A stretch of DNA of 64,000 nt from a virus. The stretch lies in the IMG/VR virus record IMGVR_UViG_3300015371_000016, positions 1-64,000 of that record; one strand, 5' to 3'. This document shows, piece after piece, positions 46,185-55,376 of the stretch. The notes below the pieces were generated by a model. That model saw only the letters and a program-made list of their open reading frames with translations, searched no databases and was not told the origin of the DNA. The translations under genes were made by a program, and so were the position numbers. How positions within the stretch are numbered: position 1 is the first letter of the stretch; the number at the start of each line of letters is the position of its first letter.

Positions 46185-46520
46185 ATGCCGAGACGACCTA
46201 GAAAGAAGGAGGCGGCTAACGGCGCTTCTAAAAACGGGGAAACCAGATGGCAAGGCCATGATCCGGTTTTCTTCCATCGACAGCAAGTCAAAGTCGGCGT
46301 GCGCTTTGTGAATTTCGGCCGAATGGATCACGGCTCGATTTGGGAAGTAATTCAGATTTACACCCACGTCGTGCTGGCGAGCGGCAACATACGTCGCTCG
46401 CAGGTCGAACAAGTGGAGCGACTGTCGGATGACGTTCTGATACGCAGGCAAGGCCGCAATGATCCGCGTCGCTGCAAATTTTCGACGCTCTCTTACTCAG
46501 CTATCTGGAGGATATCGTGA
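46185..46520 (+). CDS. Hypothetical basic protein
   Basis: RBS motif followed by ORF. Confidence 0.55.
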   Translation: MPRRPRKKEAANGASKNGETRWQGHDPVFFHRQQVKVGVRFVNFGRMDHGSIWEVIQIYTHVVLASGNIRRSQVEQVERLSDDVLIRRQGRNDPRRCKFSTLSYSAIWRIS

Positions 46521-46972
46521 GCCGTTCACGCGAGACTTTCGACGTATGGTGCGCCGTGCGAGTCGAAGCTGATGCCGGCACTAGACTTGAGATCGTCAGG
46601 AACGAAAAAGGAGATTGGGTTTGCCTCGGCGCAGCCCCGGTCAATAAGACCCTCGCTCTTCCGGCTCCAAATGCCAAGTCTCAAGGCGCCGAGTTGACCA
46701 AGAAACTCCTAGGTGAGCGCAGCAAACGCTACAAACCCGGGAATCATCCACTAGATGAAGCAATCTTGGCTGCTATATCAAAGCCGATCGATGCCCAGCA
46801 TATTCGTGAAGCTTTGGGAATAGCCCCAGAAAATCCGCTAGCTAAATGTTTGACTCGCAGAGTCGCCAAACTAAAGAGCGAAAAGCTTATAAGGGTTTTC
46901 CCTCCTGACAGCCATGTTATGTGGCCTCGATACGTTCGAGCGTCCAACACCAACCTAAAAGTGGTAGCCTGA
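46517..46972 (+). CDS. Hypothetical protein, possible C-terminal winged helix
   Basis: Coupled ORF; LDEAILAAISKPIDAQHIREALGI. Confidence 0.5.
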   Translation: MSRSRETFDVWCAVRVEADAGTRLEIVRNEKGDWVCLGAAPVNKTLALPAPNAKSQGAELTKKLLGERSKRYKPGNHPLDEAILAAISKPIDAQHIREALGIAPENPLAKCLTRRVAKLKSEKLIRVFPPDSHVMWPRYVRASNTNLKVVA

Positions 46973-47041
46973 CTAGACGGAAGCGGCTCGCTGTGGCGCG
47001 CCGTTTTCGCCCCGTCAGGGGAAACAGAGGAGCACCAATCT

Positions 47042-47356
47042 ATGAAAACAGCGATTTTGGCTGCTGTCGCTATAGCTATGACCTCACTGCCGGCGCTGGC
47101 AAGGTATGATGGCCACCTAAGAACTAACTGCCGAGACCCTGCTGTTCTGGAAACGGTTCGTCTCGGTATCGCTAGGCGAGTGAGTCCTGTGTTCCTGCAA
47201 GCGTCCTGGCAGAATGTATTTACATTCCCGAACCCAGGCGGCTGGGACGGCCTAGAATGCTACGGCACACTGAATGCCGGCTCCACCTTTAGAGTCGTTT
47301 ACTTCGGCAACGTGGAGATCGGCGGCCAAGAATACATTTCCTGGAGGGCTCGCTGA
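47042..47356 (+). CDS. Secreted hypothetical protein
   Basis: Signal peptide MKTAILAAVAIAMTSLPALA. Confidence 0.6.
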   Translation: MKTAILAAVAIAMTSLPALARYDGHLRTNCRDPAVLETVRLGIARRVSPVFLQASWQNVFTFPNPGGWDGLECYGTLNAGSTFRVVYFGNVEIGGQEYISWRAR

Positions 47357-47445
47357 TCTGACCTGGACGCAGGCTGCTCACTCGCGGGTGCGCAGTCTGC
47401 GCCTCGGCCAGAATAGTCTGACTGAGGAATACAGAGGAACACCAA

Positions 47446-48378
47446 ATGACTGCACGAAACTGGATCGGCGGCAGGAATGGCAACCAAGCCTCTTCTGCTG
47501 CCAACTGGTCTCCTACTGGCGCACCGCTATCGGGCGACACGCTGACGATCGATCACGGCACGATGCAAGTCACTGGCAGCGCGCTCGGAAACGACGATCT
47601 GCACGTGACGGGCAATGCGACGGTCAGTTTTCACCAGAGCTACGGCGATCATCTGATCATCGGCGTGCCTGGACCGACCAAGCTGAACGCGACGGTCAAC
47701 CTATCGAATTCTGCCGTCGCGATCAATCAAGGCTGGGATAATCTGAAGATCAATGCCGCCGGCACCAACTGGCTCGCTCTGTCTAGCTATCCCGGCTACA
47801 GAGCGACCAACGGATCGGTGACGATCAAGAATTCAGGAACCCTAGTCGGGAGCGTCGGCGGCCTAGGCACGAGCGTGCGGATCGATGGCGGGACGTTCTA
47901 CAATCAGGACTCCCATGTCGGTCTGGACGGCGGATCGTTCGTGATCAACTCCAAAGTCGCGGGAGACGGCTCCTGGACTCTGGGCACGTATCACGCACCG
48001 TATGCCAAGCTCGAATTCATGCAATCGGTCAGCTCAGAGCAGACGATAAACCTGGAAAGCGGTGTGGGATACGGGCTCCTACAGATCGACCAGCCATCTA
48101 CCTTCCGGGCCAAAATCGGGTGGGCGAGTGAGCAAGCGATCGTCGATCTGAATAAGCTCGCCGCCGATAGCTACAAATATGATGCCTCGGCCGGTGCGCT
48201 CGACTTCTTCAGCGGCAACCGGATGATCTATCAGCTCCACGTCGAGAAAACGTCGCCCTACGTCGGAACTTACGCGGTCGCCAAAGGAACCTCGACCGGC
48301 GGTGCCGGCGTGGAACTCTATTCCAAGGACTTCGCGTGGAAGCTTCCGCACGGCGCTGATCTGCCAGTGCACACCTAA
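47446..48378 (+). CDS. Beta-rich protein resembling alphaproteobacterial surface/passenger domains
   Basis: WIGG..ASSAANWSPTGAP..GDTLTI; LQIDQPSTF. Confidence 0.6.
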   Translation: MTARNWIGGRNGNQASSAANWSPTGAPLSGDTLTIDHGTMQVTGSALGNDDLHVTGNATVSFHQSYGDHLIIGVPGPTKLNATVNLSNSAVAINQGWDNLKINAAGTNWLALSSYPGYRATNGSVTIKNSGTLVGSVGGLGTSVRIDGGTFYNQDSHVGLDGGSFVINSKVAGDGSWTLGTYHAPYAKLEFMQSVSSEQTINLESGVGYGLLQIDQPSTFRAKIGWASEQAIVDLNKLAADSYKYDASAGALDFFSGNRMIYQLHVEKTSPYVGTYAVAKGTSTGGAGVELYSKDFAWKLPHGADLPVHT

Positions 48379-48410
48379 CACTACCCGCACCGTGTCGGGG
48401 TCGGTGCGGG

Positions 48411-48468
48411 GCTTAATGCAGCAGAGCTGGTCCCAAGCCCAGCGCCCTACAGGGAATGCAGAGGGAGC
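48411..48468 (+). ncRNA. Twister ribozyme 5
   Basis: GCT TAA TGC AGC AGA GCTGG TCCCAAGC CCAGC..CCCT-ac-AGGG..GCA GAGGG AGC. Confidence 0.9.
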
Positions 48469-48487
48469 AACAGAGGAACATCATCAC

Positions 48488-48682
48488 ATGACTAGCTATG
48501 AGATCATGCGGGCAGCGCTCGCGCTGCTCATGCACGTCACCAATCCGAACAATCCACACTGTCTCGACGATCTGCATAAATGGCAGGACTTTCTGCGCAG
48601 CAAATACGCTGAGCAGTGTGAGATGGATCGCAATTGCTCATTATGGCTGGAGCACGGCGATCTAATGTGCCGACCACTATAA
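48488..48682 (+). CDS. Hypothetical early protein
   Basis: MTSYEIMR after the RBS motif. Confidence 0.5.
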   Translation: MTSYEIMRAALALLMHVTNPNNPHCLDDLHKWQDFLRSKYAEQCEMDRNCSLWLEHGDLMCRPL

Positions 48683-48692
48683 AGGAACAGAA

Positions 48693-48932
48693 ATGGATAT
48701 TCTCAGCACATTCGGTCTCGTCGTGACATTCGCGACTTTAGCATACTCCATTTTTCAGATGATCCAAATCAGGAAACAGCGCCGTCAAGCTGAGGCGTTA
48801 AACCGTCTTCTGATGATACTGGCCGCCCAGTCATTCATGAACCAGCCCCTGCCGATATGGATCGCGTGGTCGCTAATGACTGGCCTTCGTTTTCATCTGG
48901 AAATCGAGAAGAAGGAGGCTGAGAACTCTTGA
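48693..48932 (+). CDS. Small membrane protein
   Basis: N-terminal TM; AAGGAA RBS. Confidence 0.55.
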   Translation: MDILSTFGLVVTFATLAYSIFQMIQIRKQRRQAEALNRLLMILAAQSFMNQPLPIWIAWSLMTGLRFHLEIEKKEAENS

Positions 48933-49091
48933 CTAAGGGAGCGCGCTTAGCGTGGCTCTCTTAGCCTGGAGTTCACCCAGGTAACCCCTGACCAGCGGGC
49001 CGACCTACCGGCCAACGACACATGGTTACGCGGTCTCGGTTGTGGACACTGGTCGGGCCGAGACCAATTTCCTGCAAGCAGAGGACACACA

Positions 49092-49463
49092 ATGCCATTC
49101 GATTCAATGAAAAGCGACCTACAGATCGAGCGCGACGAGAAGGCTCTTGCGATGCTCAACTGGATTTATGCCAGCATGGCCGCGCACCGATACACGTGGT
49201 GCCAAGGCTCAATGGGCGTGGGCGGTATACACTGCATTATGGGCTGGGCGAGAAGATACGACGGCGTATTTGGTGCCGAACTTTTGGCTGAGTATTTGGG
49301 ACCGCTTTGTCCAAATATCGCAGACGAAGGACTCACTATTATTGTTCGTCAAAATTTGCTTGCCCATCGTGTAATAAAAATGAACGACGCCAGATCGACC
49401 ACAAAAGACACGATGCTTTTATTGCTATCTCAAGCAATCACGAACATCAGGCTGGGTAAATAA
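49092..49463 (+). CDS. Hypothetical protein
   Basis: WCQG...HCIMG...NDA..TT. Confidence 0.55.
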   Translation: MPFDSMKSDLQIERDEKALAMLNWIYASMAAHRYTWCQGSMGVGGIHCIMGWARRYDGVFGAELLAEYLGPLCPNIADEGLTIIVRQNLLAHRVIKMNDARSTTKDTMLLLLSQAITNIRLGK

Positions 49464-49506
49464 AGCGGTTGCTACTGAAGGGACACACCAAGAGCTGATT
49501 CAGATC

Positions 49507-49537
49507 AGGGCGGTACTTTCGGGTGCCGCCCTTTTTT
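49507..49537 (+). terminator. Intrinsic terminator ending the early operon
   Basis: AGGGCGGTAC-tttcgg-GTGCCGCCCT-TTTTT. Confidence 0.8.
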
Positions 49538-49911
49538 ATCCTGCTCGATTCGCAAGCGCCTTCACATTGGCGAAGCCAAGAGAGCTTACTGTCGCAATTA
49601 GGCTACAGTGCACTGTTACCGCACCATTTCACGTGGCCGCTGTCAAGCGGTTTCACGGGTCCGAGAGACCGAATTTCACGGAAACGCGCGTGGCGCCGCA
49701 CGTTTTGGATATAATCTGTGCACAGTATCGCTGCACAAACGAACGGGACCGCCCAGTGACCAGCAAGCGGTCCCGCCCACCAACCTACAGAGGAACGCAC
49801 CAATGCCACGCTCACGCCCAGCGATCTCGCGGTAAAGCTCTGGCAGTTCCGTGTTCAATGTAGCGTTTCGCGGGTTTCTTGTCACCACGCTTTCTAATGT
49901 AGACGTTCCCT

Positions 49912-50682
49912 CTATGCTGCCTTTGTTGGTATGTCGGCGCGACGTTCGTCGATCTCTGTCGAGAAGTGCTCCGCTAATAAATCAAGCGCGCCCATCAGCC
50001 GCTCGGTCTCCGTCCGCAGTAGACGTTGACGTTCCCGGCACCACTCCTCCAGCGTTCGGTTCCAGATGACTATGCACAATATAAGCCAGCGCGTCTCGGT
50101 GGAAAAGCGCTTCATGGCGCGTATGAAGTCCCGTCCCGCTCGCTCTGACCTCTGTGCAGCGCTGGTAGGACCCAACCGAGGAAGATGCACTGAGGCGCCA
50201 ATGGGCAGGATGTTATCGCGTGAGCAGAGCCCGCCGGCCGCGATGTCAGACAACCAGCGCAGATAGTCTGCTGCCCGGATGTGCTCCTCGGTGACCGAGG
50301 ACGACGGGTCCTTCGCCATGATCCGCAGCGGGTCGAAAGTGTGCCACCCGGTGATCTCCCTTACCCTTCGGGCGTTGGGCCGGAGGTCGTCTGGGTCTCG
50401 CCAGGAAGCGCGCATGGCCTTTCCGTGCGTCTGCTGGGCTCGTGGCGGGCCGGAGGGATCGGTGGCCATCATACGGCTGGCAGCGTGCACGACGGCGTCC
50501 TGAGCGATCCTAGACCGGTGCACGCGGGTCACTTCGAGGCGGAGGGTAGCTCCCGAGATGTCAGGCTTCGGGAGAGGCTCGGCTGAGTGGATCAGCCACA
50601 TCATCCCGCCGTGTCGCTCCTCGACCGCGTCGCCTGGACTGGGCAATGGTCCCACCCATGGAACCCTGACCACGCGGCTCAT
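49912..50682 (-). CDS. Putative late-gene regulator (DUF6456/Q-like)
   Basis: Last gene of the replication operon; EHIRAADYLR...LMGALDLLAEHF. Confidence 0.5.
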   Translation of the reverse strand: MSRVVRVPWVGPLPSPGDAVEERHGGMMWLIHSAEPLPKPDISGATLRLEVTRVHRSRIAQDAVVHAASRMMATDPSGPPRAQQTHGKAMRASWRDPDDLRPNARRVREITGWHTFDPLRIMAKDPSSSVTEEHIRAADYLRWLSDIAAGGLCSRDNILPIGASVHLPRLGPTSAAQRSERAGRDFIRAMKRFSTETRWLILCIVIWNRTLEEWCRERQRLLRTETERLMGALDLLAEHFSTEIDERRADIPTKAA

Positions 50683-50710
50683 GCTGCTTCGTCCAACGTC
50701 TCGCGTGTAT

Positions 50711-50968
50711 TCATGCTCTTGCTGTCTCCCTGATCTTTGCTAGCGCATCCTCGCTTGCCTTGAGGCCATCCTTGGCTCGCCTAAGCACGTCCACGCTTTC
50801 CTTGAGGTAATTCACCGTCGCTTCTAACAGCTCGATCCGACGATCGGCCTCGCTGCGCGAAAGCTTCTTCGCATCCACCCATTTCGGATACACCCGCTTG
50901 CGTAGCACGATCTCGCGCTCTAGCTCGCCGACCATGTCATCGACGGTGATCGCAAATAAATCGGTCAT
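50711..50968 (-). CDS. Conserved phage hypothetical protein
   Basis: ELEREIVLRKRVYPKWV. Confidence 0.6.
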   Translation of the reverse strand: MTDLFAITVDDMVGELEREIVLRKRVYPKWVDAKKLSRSEADRRIELLEATVNYLKESVDVLRRAKDGLKASEDALAKIRETARA

Positions 50969-52728
50969 GTTTCATTCCACGGCTTTGATGGCGGCGGCAG
51001 GTCGTCGATCATTGGATCAAGATACCGACCGGTTGTCGCGTCGAAACCGAGACGCACGATAGCTCCACGCTGAGCGAACCGCCTGAATCTCGACTTCCAA
51101 GCAATTAGCCGCGAAATGGTTTCCTTTTCAGGTCGCCAGATTGTCAGTCCTAAATCACACTTATTGGCCCAGTGCGCCGATCCCGATATCTCATATCCGG
51201 CGGGTGGGTCTCGTTCTTCACCGTTTCTTTTCGGTTGCGGTTTGGCCGGATGCACCGCTATCCAGACATTACAGCCGTGGCGCAGAGCAAACGCTTTGAA
51301 GCGACGCAAACAACGCGCGACATATTCGGTCTCGGCCAAGTCACCGTAATGGTGTTCAACTTCGTTCCATGGATCGAGCAATAGATCGGTCGTACCGTCG
51401 CGTAGCAATAGCATTGTCGCCTGTTCGATCAGCCAATCCACCGTGGGCGACGTGCTTTCGGAATCCGACACCAGCATGCTGATCCGACCGTTAAGGAAAT
51501 CACCGGCTTCTCGCTTGTCTTCTTCCGACATTTCGTGAAACGGCTTACCGCGATAGACGGCAGCGCAGTCCTCGGCGAAATCTTCCCAGGGCTGGTGTTC
51601 CGGCGAGAATATTGCCCAGCGTCGATCATGGTTGCGCGCGGTGTGCACCGCGACAAAGCGTGTCCACGAGGACTTGCCGTGCTGCGGAAAACCGGTCAGC
51701 ACGATCAGACGCCCTTCGGTCGGTAGCTTAATTTCCCTGTCGGTGCCTATCGTGCCTGCGCCCATAGTCGCATAGCGAGGACGATCCTTAAGAAGCACGT
51801 CCGAATTAATTTTGCGCACGCCCTCGATCGGATAGGGCTCGGCGCTATCGATTGCTTGCTGAAGATATTCGAAGCCCTTGCGTAGGGCGTCGCAGGCATC
51901 CTTGCAGCCCTCCGGCCACGTCACTATCGACACGCGATGTCGGCCAAGCCGGCGGGCAAGTTCCTCGCGTAAGGCCAGCCCAGGCTTGTCCATATCGCCC
52001 GCAAGTACGAAATTCTTAACCCTCGTCAATTCCTCGGCGTGGGTTTCTAGTGCGGCAAAGCGAAGATCACTGGGATTAGCTTTGACGGTCGCAGGAGCGC
52101 CATCCCGCAGAGATACCGTCGCGGGATATCCGCATTCGTGCATCGCCATCACGTCCGGTTCGCCCTCGACGAAATAAACCGTTTCCGCCTTGGCAATCGC
52201 GTCGATATTGAACAGCGTCGGAGTCCCGTTATTTTCCTGACTCTGCGGCTGCTTCTCGGGATACGGACGATATTTTCGGGCCACGTCCTCGCCGCGAAAG
52301 CGATACGGGAACACGATCGCTGGCCGTTGCCCTAGACCAGGGAAAGTGCGGTTCATAGCGTAGACACCGAATCGATCGACCGTGACCTTGCCAATGTGCC
52401 GCTCAGCAAAGAATTCGTAAAGCCAGTCAGGCTGATTGGTCGTGTCCCAGTAGGTATGCTCAGGCAAAACCTTTTCCTTCGACGCCGAGGATCGTGTCCT
52501 CGGGAAATCGCTATTTGCGCGGATACTGTCTTTCCAGCCACACGTACCGCGATGACAAATCCATACCGCGCCCTGTCCGTCCTCGTCGAGCTTGACCGAA
52601 AGCGACTTCTCCCGGTGAGACCCGCCACCACAGCGCGGGCAAATTATTTGCTCGCTCCACGCTCCCAGCAATAGGCGGCGAACCCTGATGCCGTGGTCTA
52701 GGAGCTGACCGAGAATATCGCCGTTCAC
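50965..52728 (-). CDS. Primase-helicase (Twinkle/T7 gp4-like)
   Basis: Zn finger CPRC...CHRGTC; TOPRIM VEGEPD and DMD; Walker A GFPQHGKS; DPWN; ISGSAHW. Confidence 0.9.
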   Translation of the reverse strand: MNGDILGQLLDHGIRVRRLLLGAWSEQIICPRCGGGSHREKSLSVKLDEDGQGAVWICHRGTCGWKDSIRANSDFPRTRSSASKEKVLPEHTYWDTTNQPDWLYEFFAERHIGKVTVDRFGVYAMNRTFPGLGQRPAIVFPYRFRGEDVARKYRPYPEKQPQSQENNGTPTLFNIDAIAKAETVYFVEGEPDVMAMHECGYPATVSLRDGAPATVKANPSDLRFAALETHAEELTRVKNFVLAGDMDKPGLALREELARRLGRHRVSIVTWPEGCKDACDALRKGFEYLQQAIDSAEPYPIEGVRKINSDVLLKDRPRYATMGAGTIGTDREIKLPTEGRLIVLTGFPQHGKSSWTRFVAVHTARNHDRRWAIFSPEHQPWEDFAEDCAAVYRGKPFHEMSEEDKREAGDFLNGRISMLVSDSESTSPTVDWLIEQATMLLLRDGTTDLLLDPWNEVEHHYGDLAETEYVARCLRRFKAFALRHGCNVWIAVHPAKPQPKRNGEERDPPAGYEISGSAHWANKCDLGLTIWRPEKETISRLIAWKSRFRRFAQRGAIVRLGFDATTGRYLDPMIDDLPPPSKPWNET

Positions 52729-53519
52729 AGCGCGACCCTCTGTCCCACATCCGCGAATAAATCGTGGCCGTTCGGCTTTCGTGGCAGCCGCTCGCTGGCC
52801 GTGATCAGCCAGATCCTAAATCGGGAATCCCAACGAATGCATTTTGCTCCCTTGGCCTCCGCCCAGCTTCGCATTTTATCCACTTCGAGATTGAAGCCGC
52901 GTTCGTCGAAGCCGAGCGATTTGGCCAGGGCGATGTGCTTGACAGTGGGAACCCAATCGTCAGGCAATTCCGTCTCGCGTGCGCGTGCGCGTGCGCGCGC
53001 GGAGTCCGAACGAAGTGAGGACTCTCTCTCTTGGGAGTCCTTGGGGGATTCTTTCTTAGGGGGATTCTCTGCAAAGTTTGCAGGTTCGAATTGCAGTGTT
53101 TTGCAGGTAAAGTTTGCAGAATTTGCAGGTTCAGACGAGGTTGCTGTCTGCAAATCTTGCATATCATGCTGCGAATCTTGCACCTTTGCTGCCTGCAAAT
53201 CTTGCATATCACGCTGCAAATCTTGCACCGTTTGATCTGCGGATTTTTCAGTCTTGGGAGGGTCTGCCGGTCGCAGAATGTGGTAGTGGTGCACCTGTCG
53301 CTTACGCGCTTCGATACGAATTAGTTTGGCTTCGGCTAGTCTGTGTACCGCACTATGGACAGTTCGCTGGCACAATTCCGTCTCGACGGAAATGGTCGAT
53401 ATAGACGGCCAACAGATCATAGAGCCGTTCGCCTTGTCGGCGAGGTAAATCAGGACGACGCGCTCTGAGGCTGAAAGGCCACGTTGACGCAATGCCCAAA
53501 CGACGTGAGGACAGCTCAT
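52725..53519 (-). CDS. Replication initiator (N-terminal HTH)
   Basis: ERVVLIYLADKAN...CWPSISTIS; internal DNA repeats. Confidence 0.8.
   Translation of the reverse strand: MSCPHVVWALRQRGLSASERVVLIYLADKANGSMICWPSISTISVETELCQRTVHSAVHRLAEAKLIRIEARKRQVHHYHILRPADPPKTEKSADQTVQDLQRDMQDLQAAKVQDSQHDMQDLQTATSSEPANSANFTCKTLQFEPANFAENPPKKESPKDSQERESSLRSDSARARARARETELPDDWVPTVKHIALAKSLGFDERGFNLEVDKMRSWAEAKGAKCIRWDSRFRIWLITASERLPRKPNGHDLFADVGQRVAL
53148..53227. repeat. Iteron-like repeats, putative origin
   Basis: CTGC(A/G)AATCTTGCA at 53148, 53169, 53193 and 53214. Confidence 0.65.
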
Positions 53520-54034
53520 GCCCGGCCTCCCTTGAGGGAGATCATTTGTCGCATCGCCGAGGCGGTGGCCTCTATTTCCTCGATCAGAAGATCAGCGGGA
53601 ATGGCTCCTGCTTCGATCGCCGCGCCGAGCGTCCAGAGCATGATGTGCCGGGCATGATCGAAGTCGTCGGCGATATTTTCAGAATTACGTGAATAATTCG
53701 AGAACATGACATTTCTCCCATTGCGTTTCGGCCCGGAAGCTGCCATGTCTCACGTGCTATTGCGAGAACATGGCAATCACTTAGAGGGTCGTCCGTTACC
53801 AAGGCGGCCCTCTCTTCTTTTCAGAGAAAACACATACTATGACAGCTCACGAGGCTGTGCAAACAACAAGACATTTCAAGCACGTGTTGTGATCTGATGA
53901 TCCGCCGCTTAAAGGAAGCGTTTCCGGTCCCATAGGGCGGTAAGGATTAGTGCCCGGGCAAACCGAGACGACTCCAGCTCTGCCGCAACTTGAGCAGCGG
54001 CGGGCAGCGAAGGCAGTAGCGAACTGATCCAGCG

Positions 54035-54304
54035 TCATGGCATATCCCTGTCGATCTGAGCTAGTTCCTTGGCGATCTCAACGAGACTGATCCGGTAGCG
54101 CTTCTCGAACCTCTGCCAGCCGATCTTGTGTCCCTCCATGTGGTGCATGTGGCACATGGGCACGATCCACTTGTCGGATGGTTTCATGCCCATGCCAGAG
54201 TTGGCTGCCGTGCGGACATGGTGACGCTCAGGCTCCCGCCAGCAGGCTGGAACGCAGCATCCCAGGCTGAGGATTATCTCCTGGCGGACAGCTTCAGAGG
54301 TCAT
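54035..54304 (-). CDS. DUF968/HNH-like Zn-binding nuclease
   Basis: CCVPAC...HHVR...GMGMKPSD...PMCHMHH. Confidence 0.7.
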   Translation of the reverse strand: MTSEAVRQEIILSLGCCVPACWREPERHHVRTAANSGMGMKPSDKWIVPMCHMHHMEGHKIGWQRFEKRYRISLVEIAKELAQIDRDMP

Positions 54305-54783
54305 CGGCCGGGAAGCGCGGTATTCAATAGAACGCCCTCCTCTAGGACTTCGACCAGGACCATAGATCGCAGTGCATAAAGTCGTTCGACGTAATCTCGC
54401 TCGCTTAGTAGTTCGGCGTCGGTGAAATACTTCTGGGCACGATCGTTCATCGTATAGACGCGGAAGGCCCAGATATCTGGCCAATAGTAAGCGACAAGAA
54501 AAGGCAATGACGCTCTGTTGGCCAATTCAGTAATGGCGACCATTGATCTTTCATGGCGCCTCAGTGCGATTGCCTTGAAATGCTTGTAATCTATTAGCGC
54601 GACCGGCTTGGCATGATTGTATTCAATCATCAGAAAGTCCACATCGACAGCAGGGCAATTGAATCCCCACTGCCGATGCCGCGCGCTAAGCTCTTGATCG
54701 CGCCACTCCGTCCGCTCCAATCGAACATCATTCACGAAGCGTGCCGCCTTCCAGATATGCCTCGGATGATCAGTCCGGGGCAT
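54301..54783 (-). CDS. PD-(D/E)xK-like hypothetical protein
   Basis: DVDFLMIEY...ALIDYK. Confidence 0.55.
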   Translation of the reverse strand: MPRTDHPRHIWKAARFVNDVRLERTEWRDQELSARHRQWGFNCPAVDVDFLMIEYNHAKPVALIDYKHFKAIALRRHERSMVAITELANRASLPFLVAYYWPDIWAFRVYTMNDRAQKYFTDAELLSERDYVERLYALRSMVLVEVLEEGVLLNTALPGR

Positions 54784-54821
54784 ATCGCATTATTATAGCA
54801 AATTGCGCTTTCTGCAAATTA

Positions 54822-55376
54822 CTAGTCCGCCGCGTCCCTTACCCAGAGCGATCCGGGAGCATGACGTAATCGCGCCCGGTGCCACATCCAGATTAGCACC
54901 GCGTCCGCCGCGTTGTGGTCAATGACGTTCAGTTTCAATATCTTACGGCAGAACATCACCACCTCACGCGGCTTGTCCTTAGATCGCAGCCGCGTCATAC
55001 CCATGATCTCCTTGCGGACAGTGTGACAATCGATCGAGCTTCTACCGATCGGATGAATTTTTCCGTTCGGCAGATCGACACCGCGCCACGTCTCCTCGAT
55101 AACGATCCCACGAAGCGCGAACGCTTGGGACGCGGCAAAGTAATTATTCATTGCCGGCAGATTGAGCGTGCTCTCCTGGACCACGTGATCCGGTAGATTT
55201 GCCTTCAGGAACGCGACCAGCTCGTTGCGGAAGCTCGCATATCGCGCTCCCTCAGATTCCTTGTTCAGCCTCCATGTGCCGAAGTAGGGCGGCTCGTTGC
55301 CGTGAGGATTGCCGTAGCACCAGCCTGTGTCGCCGGCTGGGTCCAGGGCAAGCGTGCCGCCCACTGGCATGCGCAT
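54822..55376 (-). CDS. RuvC-like Holliday junction resolvase
   Basis: LALDPAGDTGW...VVQE...DHNAADA. Confidence 0.75.
   Translation of the reverse strand: MRMPVGGTLALDPAGDTGWCYGNPHGNEPPYFGTWRLNKESEGARYASFRNELVAFLKANLPDHVVQESTLNLPAMNNYFAASQAFALRGIVIEETWRGVDLPNGKIHPIGRSSIDCHTVRKEIMGMTRLRSKDKPREVVMFCRKILKLNVIDHNAADAVLIWMWHRARLRHAPGSLWVRDAAD

Noticed and set aside
46968-47430. Intergenic structures at 46968-47021 and 47360-47427 as ribozymes
   Set aside because: Explained by tandem simple hairpins with no catalytic core motifs recognised.
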